DNA of 40,005 nucleotides from Actinomycetota bacterium (GTDB lineage: Bacteria > Actinomycetota > UBA4738 > CALAEC01), in assembly GCA_035947055.1 (NCBI GenBank), contig DASZKM010000099.1, positions 1 through 40,005 of the forward strand, given 5' to 3'. The first letter of the stretch is position 1. Every line of letters starts with the position of its first letter. Shown piece after piece: positions 18,718 through 26,582 of this stretch. Under the pieces are notes generated by a model. It searched no databases. It had not been told where the DNA came from and was given only the letters and a program-made list of their open reading frames with translations. The translations under genes were made by a program, and so were the position numbers.

Positions 18718-20463
18718 TTATGCGGCCTGCTGCTCCCGCGACGCCAGCGGCGGCGGGAGGTTGAACGTCCGCTCCGACGAGGCGATCTTCCCCGCCGAAA
18801 GCGTGGTCTGGCTCGCGCTCATGTACTGCTCCAGCCGCGGGGTGGAGGCGTCCAGGAACTCCGTGCGCTCGTAGGTCAGGAAGGGAAGCCCGATCTTGGC
18901 CGACAGCACCGTGACCGGCGTACGGGTGGCCGCATGGAGGAACTCGTCGTTGTCGGCCGGTGAGACGAGCACCCCGATGCGGTGTCCCGCAGCGATGGGC
19001 CAGTCCTGGCCGTACATCGTGTAGCTGACGGTCCGACGCCCGCTCCCTCGGATCACGGACACACCCCGAGAGATCATGCGCACCCTGCCGTCTGGGCTGA
19101 TGTCGTACACGTTGGCGGCGAAGTTGGCGTTGGGAACGGCCTCCACCCCGGCGGTGATCACCGGCTCCCCCGCCAGCCACACGTCGTGGGGCAACGGCTG
19201 GGAGACGGTCCAGATGCCCTGGCCCTCCGTCGGACGAAGGCCGTTGCCGGATCCGTTGTCCGTGTAAGTACCGGTGTTGAGCTCCGTCTCCCACAGATGG
19301 GAGTCGGGCGGGGGCCAGGCCTCTTCGCCCCGGTACCGACCCAGGATGTCCTGCACCTCCACCGGTGGGTCTTCCACGCTGGGCTCGATCCCCTTGAGGT
19401 GCTCGTCGAGGAACCGCATCACCTGGTCCATGAAGTCCGCTCTGCCGAACGCCATGCGAGCGCCGCCCCCACCGCCCGCATTGCCGCAGGCCTGGCCTGT
19501 CTCCCACCCCCGGCAGTGGTCGAACTGGCCGAACCACGCGCGGTTCTCCGTCCCGGCGAGGTTGTTGAAGTACTGGAACGCGCCATCTGGCCGCGTGTTC
19601 CGCTCCAGGAAGCCCTGGGTCAGGAACAGCGGTGTGGTCTTGCCGATGGCGGTGGGGATGAGGTTCCGCTCCTCCCAGTACGGGCCGTGCGGGTTGTCGT
19701 CGGCGTAGTTGCCGGCCAAGTTCACCGGATAGCACCAGACCTGCGGCGCCGAGTTCACGTGGTACTGCGGAGAGTCGCTCGGCCGGCCGGGCTTGGCGTC
19801 GATGGCCTGGAACAGGGCCATGGTGGCCGCCCAGCTGCCGCCCCGGCGAACGCCGTTCATGTACATGTACCGGTAGCCCTCATACACGGGCTCCAGGGAA
19901 ACCACGGCGGCGAGACCCTTTGGCTGCTGGGCGATCCCCATGAGCCCCGTCCACCCGTCGTAGGACTTGCCGAGCAGCGCGACCTTGCCGTTGGACCAGG
20001 GTTGTGACGCCGCCCACTCCACCGCGGCGCGCACCCCGAGTTGCTCCCGGTTCCCGCCCCAGTCGTTGCAACCGGACGACCCTCCGTCTCCGGGGAGATC
20101 GACCATGACGTACGTGTAGCCCTTGCTCAGGGCGCCACTCAGGTCGAGGAAGTCATAGAAGCGGGGGTTCGGTCCCGTGCCGTTGATGTCGGTATCGATC
20201 GTGGACCCGTTGTGGTTCGTGTAGGGGCTGACCGTGAGGATCACCGGCGTCTTCACCGAGTCGTCCATCGGCATGCCCTTGGGGCGCAGGACGTCGGCGT
20301 GGAGCTGGGTGATCCCGTCAGCCGAGTTGAAATAGAACTCGTAGTGGTCCGCGTCCTCCCGGGGCGCCGCCTGGCTGGGCGGAGCCGTAGCCAGCACGAC
20401 GGCCAAGGCGGCTACCAGTGCCAGCGAGCGGTTTCGGGTCACGGCGCGGATCGTCTGGGGCAA
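18718..20463 (-). CDS. secreted CocE/NonD-type hydrolase (X-Pro dipeptidyl-peptidase S15 family)
   Basis: TTG start lies 6 nt after GGAGG. Signal peptide ...ATAPPSQA. GKSYDGW nucleophile motif (GxSYxG). The ~580 aa size includes a C-terminal beta-sandwich region. Confidence 0.75.
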   Translation of the reverse strand: MPQTIRAVTRNRSLALVAALAVVLATAPPSQAAPREDADHYEFYFNSADGITQLHADVLRPKGMPMDDSVKTPVILTVSPYTNHNGSTIDTDINGTGPNPRFYDFLDLSGALSKGYTYVMVDLPGDGGSSGCNDWGGNREQLGVRAAVEWAASQPWSNGKVALLGKSYDGWTGLMGIAQQPKGLAAVVSLEPVYEGYRYMYMNGVRRGGSWAATMALFQAIDAKPGRPSDSPQYHVNSAPQVWCYPVNLAGNYADDNPHGPYWEERNLIPTAIGKTTPLFLTQGFLERNTRPDGAFQYFNNLAGTENRAWFGQFDHCRGWETGQACGNAGGGGGARMAFGRADFMDQVMRFLDEHLKGIEPSVEDPPVEVQDILGRYRGEEAWPPPDSHLWETELNTGTYTDNGSGNGLRPTEGQGIWTVSQPLPHDVWLAGEPVITAGVEAVPNANFAANVYDISPDGRVRMISRGVSVIRGSGRRTVSYTMYGQDWPIAAGHRIGVLVSPADNDEFLHAATRTPVTVLSAKIGLPFLTYERTEFLDASTPRLEQYMSASQTTLSAGKIASSERTFNLPPPLASREQQAA

Positions 20464-20588
20464 GCTCGGCCTCCTGCCGGTCGAGAGGGCGCGCCGAGGC
20501 GGGCCCTCTAGGGGCGTTTCCAGAGGTATTCGCCGCCCGGGGCGGGGGTTCCTCCCCGCCCGATCCGGACTCAGCCCCCCGGGCGCAT

Positions 20589-21821
20589 GTGAGGAGGTCG
20601 GGCCTGTGCTACGAACCCCCCGTGCCGGCCGTGGGCTGCTCGACGCTGTACCCCTGCGTGTTCCCGCGTCTGCCGGTTCGGTCGCCCGCCCGTCCGGAGG
20701 GGATCCGCGACGGCGTGGTGGCCTGGGACGGGGACACCATCACGTACGCCGGCCCGCGGAAGGAGTGGGACGGAGACATCGACGAGGAGCTGGCCGGACG
20801 GACGGTGATCCCCGGGTTCGTCGATTGTCACACCCATCTTCCCTTCTTCGGATGGCGTGACGACGAGTTCGAGGCTCGGCTGGCGGGCCGCTCCTACCGC
20901 GACCTTCATGGCGAAGGCGGGATCCCCCGCAGCGCGCGGATGCTTGCCGACGCTTCGGACGACGAGGTCCTGGAGTTCTGTCGCCCCCTGACGCAGGAGA
21001 TGCTGTCGCACGGCACGACAGCGCTGGAGCTCAAGACGGGCTACGGCCTGTCGGTCGAGGCAGAGCTGCGCCAGGCTCGGATCGCCCGTCGGCTCGCGGA
21101 GGAGATCCCGCAGACGGCGATCGTCACCCTCCTGGCCTGTCACGCGATCCCGGCCAACATGAGCCATGAGGAATGGGTCGACGCAGCATGCGACGAGCTG
21201 ATCCCCGCGGCGGCACGCGAGGGGCTCGCGGATGCCGTGGACGTCTACGTGGAGGACATCGCGTTCAGCGTCGGAGACCTGGAGCGAGCGGCGGGGGCCG
21301 CCTCCGACGCGGGCCTCCCGCTCCGTTGCCACGCAGACCAGCTGGGACACTCCGGCGCGGCGGAGGCGGCCGCCCGCCTGGGTGCTCGCAGCGCGGATCA
21401 CCTCAACCACGCAGAGGAAGAGGGGATACAGGCCCTGGGCCGGGGCGCCACCGCGGCGGTCCTGCTTCCCGGGTCGACCCTGTCGCTCCGTGCGCCATCC
21501 CCACCGGTTAAGGACTTGGCGGATGTCGGCGCACCGCTGGCCCTGGCCACGGACCTCAACCCCGGGACCTCGGCGATGACGTCGATCCCCGAGGCCATCG
21601 CCTTGGCCTCGTCGCTGTACAGGCTGTCACCGGCCGAGGCGCTGGCGGCCGCCACGATCAACGGCGCCTGGGTCTTGGGCCTGGAGTCGACCCTCGGTTC
21701 GCTGGAACCCGGCAAGCGAGCCGACTTCCTGGTCCTGGAAGGCGAGGACATCCGGATGGTGGCCTACCGGCCCGGCCACAACCCGGTGGCCAGCGCATTT
21801 GTCGGCGGTCGGCCCGCCTGA
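20589..21821 (+). CDS. hutI: imidazolonepropionase (amidohydrolase superfamily)
   Basis: PGFVDCHTHL, TTALELKTGYGL, DVYVEDIAFS, CHADQL, SADHLNH and ATDLNPGTS match the HutI metal and active-site blocks. The start is uncertain (GTG 20589, 20622 or 20631). Confidence 0.8.
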   Translation: MRRSGLCYEPPVPAVGCSTLYPCVFPRLPVRSPARPEGIRDGVVAWDGDTITYAGPRKEWDGDIDEELAGRTVIPGFVDCHTHLPFFGWRDDEFEARLAGRSYRDLHGEGGIPRSARMLADASDDEVLEFCRPLTQEMLSHGTTALELKTGYGLSVEAELRQARIARRLAEEIPQTAIVTLLACHAIPANMSHEEWVDAACDELIPAAAREGLADAVDVYVEDIAFSVGDLERAAGAASDAGLPLRCHADQLGHSGAAEAAARLGARSADHLNHAEEEGIQALGRGATAAVLLPGSTLSLRAPSPPVKDLADVGAPLALATDLNPGTSAMTSIPEAIALASSLYRLSPAEALAAATINGAWVLGLESTLGSLEPGKRADFLVLEGEDIRMVAYRPGHNPVASAFVGGRPA

Positions 21822-21837
21822 AACCCCGAACTCGCGA

Positions 21838-21843
21838 TAGGGT
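21838..21843 (+). promoter_or_regulatory. candidate -10 hexamer TAGGGT, 6 nt before the GTG (leaderless-type)
   Basis: TANNNT hexamer, then 6 nt, then the GTG at 21850. There is no SD. Confidence 0.3.
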
Positions 21844-21849
21844 GCGCTG

Positions 21850-22938
21850 GTGCCTCGCAAGGCGTTGGTCATGACGGCGTTCGTTGCGACGTTCGCCGTC
21901 CTTCCTCCCATCGGGATGCAGCCGTCGGTCGCGGTGAGCGCAGCGGTGGCGGTGCCGTGCAAGGAGCCGGACTGCTGGCCGGCGGCCTTCGCATTCACGC
22001 CGAACGGGCGAGAGATGTTCTACCTCGAGAGGTACACGGGTGAGATCCGGCGCGTGCGGCTCAGCGACGGAACGGACCGCCGATGGGGATCCGTGAACGA
22101 CGTGGCCGGCCGAGGCGAGCAGGGTGCCCTGGGGATCGCGCTCCACCCGGGCTGGCACGACGCGGCCCGCAACCGGTGGGTCTATGTCTTCTACACGCAC
22201 CAGTCCAGCCAGGAGAACCGCATCGTCAGGATCAAGAAGGCGAGCGGTTCCCTCCGCCGGCAAACCCTGCTGACGATCGCGCCGACACCCAACACCGTGA
22301 ATCACAACGGAGGCGTCATCCACTTCGGCCCCGACGGCATGCTCTACGCAGTGACCGGCGATCGCTTCGACGAGAGCCGGTCGCAGAACCTCGCTGATCC
22401 GGCGGGAAAGATGCTCCGGACGAATCCGGACGGAACGCGTCCGGCCGACAACCCGATCCCCGGCAGCCTTGCCTACACGTTCGGCCACCGGAACTCGTTC
22501 GGGTTCACGTTCGACCCACAGACCGGGCGGGGGTGGGAGACCGAGAACGGTCCGACGTGCGATGACGAGATCAACTCGCTCGATCCCGGCGGGAACTACG
22601 GGTGGGGCGCGGAATCCGCGTGCCCCGACACGAACGACTCCGGACCCGAGCCGCGCCACCCACCTGCCCACACGTACAACCCGGTGGTCGTACCCACCGG
22701 CGCGGCGTTCTGCAACGGCTGCGGCCTCGGCGCCGACGTGGAGGGAAACCTCCTGGTCGGCACGTTCGGGGGCGGCACCACGATCCGTCTGCTGACGCTG
22801 AACGCGTCTCGCGATGGTGTGACCTCCGAGCGGGTCCTATACGACCATCCGACCGGCGTGGTCGCCGTGGAGGCCCGGCCGCCCGACGGCGCGATCTACT
22901 TCAGCGACCGAACCGGCATCCATCGACTGACGCCGTGA
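21850..22938 (+). CDS. PQQ-type soluble sugar dehydrogenase-like beta-propeller (sGDH/YliI family), paralog 1
   Basis: Signal peptide. GEQGALGIALHP, NHNGGVIHFGPDGMLYAVTGD, GHRNSFGFTFDPQTG, ENGPTCDDEIN, GGNYGWG. Confidence 0.85.
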   Translation: MPRKALVMTAFVATFAVLPPIGMQPSVAVSAAVAVPCKEPDCWPAAFAFTPNGREMFYLERYTGEIRRVRLSDGTDRRWGSVNDVAGRGEQGALGIALHPGWHDAARNRWVYVFYTHQSSQENRIVRIKKASGSLRRQTLLTIAPTPNTVNHNGGVIHFGPDGMLYAVTGDRFDESRSQNLADPAGKMLRTNPDGTRPADNPIPGSLAYTFGHRNSFGFTFDPQTGRGWETENGPTCDDEINSLDPGGNYGWGAESACPDTNDSGPEPRHPPAHTYNPVVVPTGAAFCNGCGLGADVEGNLLVGTFGGGTTIRLLTLNASRDGVTSERVLYDHPTGVVAVEARPPDGAIYFSDRTGIHRLTP

Positions 22939-24011
22939 GCGGGCACCGGCTGGCCGTCCTGGCCATCGCGGCCGTTGGCCTTACGGCACTCCCGCCGCTC
23001 GGCGACGACTCCGCCTCCGCTGTGGGGCGGAACCGCGTCGTCCGTTGCGGCCAACCGAAGCAGTGCTGGATCACGGCCTTCGCCTTCACTCCCGGCGGCA
23101 ACGAGATCTTCTACGTGGAGCGATTCAGCGGGGAGATCCGCCGGGCCGCGGTGGATGGTGCCGCCGACCGGCGGTGGGCGAAGATCGGAGGCGTCGCCAC
23201 CCAGGGGGAGCAGGGCGTCCTGGGCATCGCGCTGGACCCGCAGTGGGACTCCGGGCCCGACCAGCAATGGGTCTACGTGTACTACACCGAGCGGCGGCCG
23301 CTGCGGAACCGCATCGTGCGTCTGCGGAAGACCGGGAAGCGCGTCGTTCGCCAGCGGCTGGCCAGCATCCCGGCTACCACGTTCCACGACGGCGGGGTCA
23401 TCCACTTCGGGCCCGACGGGAAGCTGTACGCGGTGACCGGGGATGCCGGCCAGCCTGAGCGAGCCCAGCAGCCTTCGAACCTCGGGGGGAAGGTGCTTCG
23501 CTTGGAGGAGAACGGCAACCGCCCCGGTGACAACCCGATCGCGGGGAGCAAGGCGTTCTCGATCGGCCACCGGAACTCGTTCGGTTTCGCGTTCGACCCC
23601 CAGACCGGGTCGCTGTGGCAGACCGAGAACGGCCCCGACTGTGACGACGAGGTGAACCTCGTTCTCCCCGGCCACAACTACGGCTGGGGACCGGCCTCCG
23701 ACTGTCCCAACATCAGCGAGAGTGGCTCCGACCCCCAGCAGCCGGAGCTGACGTTCAACCCACTGATCGCCCCGACGGGAGCCGCCTTCTGCAAGGGATG
23801 CGGCCTCGGCCCGGGAGTGGAAGGCGACCTGGTGATGGGCTCGTACCTCCCCGACCGCATCTACAACCTGTCGCTGAACGCCGGCCGCAACGCCATCGAT
23901 GGCCAGGACGTGCTGTACACGAACTCGACGCTGGTCCTGGCGGTGGAAGCCGCCCCCGACGGACGGGTGTACTTCAGCGATCCGCGCGGCGTCTACCGGC
24001 TGACCGGCTGA
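22935..24011 (+). CDS. PQQ-type soluble sugar dehydrogenase-like beta-propeller, paralog 2
   Basis: GTGA overlap with the paralog 1 stop. It has the same blocks (GEQGVLGIALDP, FHDGGVIHFGPDGKLYAVTGD, GHRNSFGFAFDPQTG, ENGPDCDDEVN, GHNYGWG). Confidence 0.85.
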   Translation: MSGHRLAVLAIAAVGLTALPPLGDDSASAVGRNRVVRCGQPKQCWITAFAFTPGGNEIFYVERFSGEIRRAAVDGAADRRWAKIGGVATQGEQGVLGIALDPQWDSGPDQQWVYVYYTERRPLRNRIVRLRKTGKRVVRQRLASIPATTFHDGGVIHFGPDGKLYAVTGDAGQPERAQQPSNLGGKVLRLEENGNRPGDNPIAGSKAFSIGHRNSFGFAFDPQTGSLWQTENGPDCDDEVNLVLPGHNYGWGPASDCPNISESGSDPQQPELTFNPLIAPTGAAFCKGCGLGPGVEGDLVMGSYLPDRIYNLSLNAGRNAIDGQDVLYTNSTLVLAVEAAPDGRVYFSDPRGVYRLTG

Positions 24012-24430
24012 GGTCCGGGCCGGGCCACCAGAGCATCGTGGACCCGTTCCATGGCCAGACCCATGGCTGCCCACAGCGGGGCGTAGTCCAGGCGGATCAG
24101 GCCGTGGATGCTCCACCGCGCGTAGGAGTAGTCCCACGGCGCCCGCCCGCGGAGGCGGCGGAAAAGCCAGCCGGAGACGTACTCGACCGCGAAGAATCCG
24201 GCCGCGTAGGTGGCGGCGCGGGCCGGGACACCGGCCCGGCCTCGCAGGCGGTCGTGGACCGGCTCGAACAGCGGCTGCATGAGCCCGTAGACCGGAAACA
24301 TCCACAGGCTCGTGTGCGCCGTTCGCAGGGGATCGTCTCCCCGAATTGCGCCCTTCAACCCGGTGAAGGCGAGCTCGAACACCAGCCCGATCGTGCCGTA
24401 CGCGGCGAACCGCCCGGCACGGCTCTTCAC
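23993..24430 (-). CDS. small polytopic membrane protein (resembles the family called 'ABC-transporter type IV', PF06541-like)
   Basis: GTG at 24430 lies 7 nt after GGAGG. PWDYSYARWSIHGLIRLDYAPLWAAMG motif. The 3' end overlaps the convergent gene by 19 nt. Confidence 0.5.
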   Translation of the reverse strand: MKSRAGRFAAYGTIGLVFELAFTGLKGAIRGDDPLRTAHTSLWMFPVYGLMQPLFEPVHDRLRGRAGVPARAATYAAGFFAVEYVSGWLFRRLRGRAPWDYSYARWSIHGLIRLDYAPLWAAMGLAMERVHDALVARPGPQPVSR

Positions 24431-24463
24431 GTGACGACCTCCACGCTCGTCATGCCCCAACGC

Positions 24464-24469
24464 TAGACT
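24464..24469 (+). promoter_or_regulatory. candidate -10 hexamer TAGACT, 7 nt before the GTG (leaderless-type)
   Basis: TAGACT, then 7 nt, then the GTG at 24477. There is no SD. Confidence 0.3.
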
Positions 24470-24476
24470 GTCCCCG

Positions 24477-25241
24477 GTGCCCGCACCTCGAACGTCCGCA
24501 CGCGTCTCGGTGGCCGTCCTCGCCGTCGCCCTCTCCAGCATGAGCGGTGCGCAAGCGTCGTCCCAGCTCGACCAGCTCCCGAACCTGGTGCCGCTCGCAC
24601 CGTACGACCTCCACGTGGGATCGACCGACGACGGTCGGGGGGATGCCATCCGCCTGTCGGTGTCGACGGCCAATCGAGGCAGGTATGCCCTCGACCTGAC
24701 GGGCGTGCCCAACATGGGCTTCCCGCAGGTCTCGGATGCCTACCAGTGCGTGGCCTGGGTCACCGAGCGGGTGTGCCAGGACCGGCGGCTCGTGGGGCAG
24801 TTCGTCTTCCACGCCGCGCACGACCATTACCACTTCGAGGACTACGCCCTGTACGAGCTGCGGCGGCTGGATGAGACCGGCCGGCCGGACATGAGCCCCG
24901 AGGGACTGGCCGCCCCCGGCGTCAAGGCGTCCTTCTGTCTCATCGACTACGACCGGGACGGCTCTCCGCCGCACCCCGTCTACGAGCACGAGCACCCGCT
25001 CTATCTGACGTGCACGGGCAGCTTCGGGGTGGGGGTGCAGGGGATCTCGCCGAGCTGGCGGGACACCTACCGATCCGGCCTGGACGGCCAGCAGATCCCC
25101 ATCGACGGCGTGCCCGACGGGGACTACGCTGTCGTGGTCACCGCCGACCCCAAGAACCGGCTGGCCGAGACGAACGAGACCGACAACGTGTCGTTCGCGC
25201 CGGTGCGCTTGCGGGGCGGCTCGCTCAACTCACTCCCGTAG
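24477..25241 (+). CDS. secreted lysyl oxidase-like (LOX catalytic domain) copper amine oxidase, paralog 1
   Basis: Signal peptide. LPNLVPL...RLSVSTANRG. His cluster HAAHDHYH. GVKASFCLIDYD carries the LTQ Lys. GISPSWRDTYRSGLDGQQIPIDGVPDGDY carries the LTQ Tyr. AETNETDNV is also present. The protein is collinear with the animal LOX domain as I remember it. Confidence 0.8.
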   Translation: MPAPRTSARVSVAVLAVALSSMSGAQASSQLDQLPNLVPLAPYDLHVGSTDDGRGDAIRLSVSTANRGRYALDLTGVPNMGFPQVSDAYQCVAWVTERVCQDRRLVGQFVFHAAHDHYHFEDYALYELRRLDETGRPDMSPEGLAAPGVKASFCLIDYDRDGSPPHPVYEHEHPLYLTCTGSFGVGVQGISPSWRDTYRSGLDGQQIPIDGVPDGDYAVVVTADPKNRLAETNETDNVSFAPVRLRGGSLNSLP

Positions 25242-25320
25242 AGCCCTCCGCAATCGGCACCAAATAGTCATTTCTAGCCATGGCCTTTCCCGGCCGGCCC
25301 CTCGAGACTTTGCGGAGTTC

Positions 25321-26538
25321 ATGGGACGGGCGAAGGGCACGAAGAGCGGATTGCTGGTCGCCGGGCTGGCGGCGGCCCTGGTAGGGACGTCCCCGGGAGC
25401 CGGCTGGTCCGCCACCACGACGACCACAGCCGTCCCCAGCAGCGCCACGGTCCTGGCCGGCTCCATCGCCTCCGGAACCGCGGCCAACCTCTCCACCGAC
25501 GACGGCTCCGCCTACGAGGTCAACTCCACGGCGAGGTCGTCGTTCAAGACCCAGTGGCAGGGATCGTTCACCGACGTCCCGAACGAGATCACGAGCCTCA
25601 CCGTCTCCTACCAGGGATGGAACTCGCGAAGCTGCAGCCAGGTCCTGTTGATCCGGAAGTGGTCGTCCGGCAGCTGGGTCAAGCTCGACGCGCAGCGCGT
25701 GGGACCGACGGAGGTGCTGGTGACCGTCGCACCGACGGACAGCCCGTCACGCTACGTCAGTGGAGCCACCGGTCCGGGCGACGTGAGCCTCCGCGTGAAG
25801 TGTTCAACGACCGCCGGGAGGTTCCTCTCCAGCGCGGATCTCCTGAACCTGACCTATGACCAGGAGGTGCTCATCGACGAGCTTCCCAACGTCGTGCCCC
25901 TCAAGCCCTTCGATCTCAGGGTCGGGCTCCAGGACGACGGCACCGGGCCGGCGCTTCGTCTGTCCGTCTCCACGGCCAACCGGGGGAGCTATCCGCTCGA
26001 CGTGCTGGCCGTTCCAGGGGACGGTGGAGGCAGCTCCGATGCCTACCAGTGTGTGGTCTGGTCCACCCCTCGGGAGTGCCAGCAGCGCCGGGCGGTGGGC
26101 GAGTTCGTCTTTCACGCGGCACACAACCATTACCACTTCGAGGACTTCGCGCTGTACGAGTTGCGTCGCCTTGCTGTCGACGGCGGGCCCGACCTGAGTC
26201 CTGAGGGTTTGGTCGCGCCCGGCGTCAAGGCCTCGTTCTGCCTCCTGGACTACGAGTCGGACGGACCACCTCCCGACCCGGCGTACGAGGATCCCTACTA
26301 CGTCCGGTGCTCGGGAAGCGACGGTGACGGCATCCAGGGCCTCTCCCCTGCTTGGCGGGACACGTACCGATCCGGGCTGGCCGGCCAGCAGATCCCGATC
26401 GACGGCGTCGCCGACGGTGACTACGCGGTGGTGATCACCGCCGACCCCACCGACCGCCTGTGGGAAAGCGAGAACGGCGACAACGTGTCGTTCGAACGGA
26501 TCCACCTGGCCGGCGGGTCTGTCTCCCTCCTTCCGTAG
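25321..26538 (+). CDS. secreted lysyl oxidase-like protein, paralog 2, with extra ~190-aa N-terminal domain
   Basis: Same LOX blocks (HAAHNHYH, GVKASFCLLDYE, GLSPAWRDTYRSGLAGQQIPIDGVADGDY, WESENGDNV). They are preceded by an unassigned Ser/Thr-rich beta-type domain. Confidence 0.8.
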   Translation: MGRAKGTKSGLLVAGLAAALVGTSPGAGWSATTTTTAVPSSATVLAGSIASGTAANLSTDDGSAYEVNSTARSSFKTQWQGSFTDVPNEITSLTVSYQGWNSRSCSQVLLIRKWSSGSWVKLDAQRVGPTEVLVTVAPTDSPSRYVSGATGPGDVSLRVKCSTTAGRFLSSADLLNLTYDQEVLIDELPNVVPLKPFDLRVGLQDDGTGPALRLSVSTANRGSYPLDVLAVPGDGGGSSDAYQCVVWSTPRECQQRRAVGEFVFHAAHNHYHFEDFALYELRRLAVDGGPDLSPEGLVAPGVKASFCLLDYESDGPPPDPAYEDPYYVRCSGSDGDGIQGLSPAWRDTYRSGLAGQQIPIDGVADGDYAVVITADPTDRLWESENGDNVSFERIHLAGGSVSLLP

Positions 26539-26582
26539 GGACGTGGTGGCCGCGGGGGGCGGCGGCAGCCGACAATAGACCC

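Noticed and set aside
20418-20588. N-terminal 57-aa extension of the hutI track ORF, with similar extensions at 11576-11851, 12442-12543, 15429-15578, 18421-18663, 22602-22934, 26460-26582 and 28237-28599.
   Set aside because: The extensions overlap upstream genes or structured intergenic DNA and have low-complexity composition. Better internal starts exist, with an SD or a stop/start overlap.
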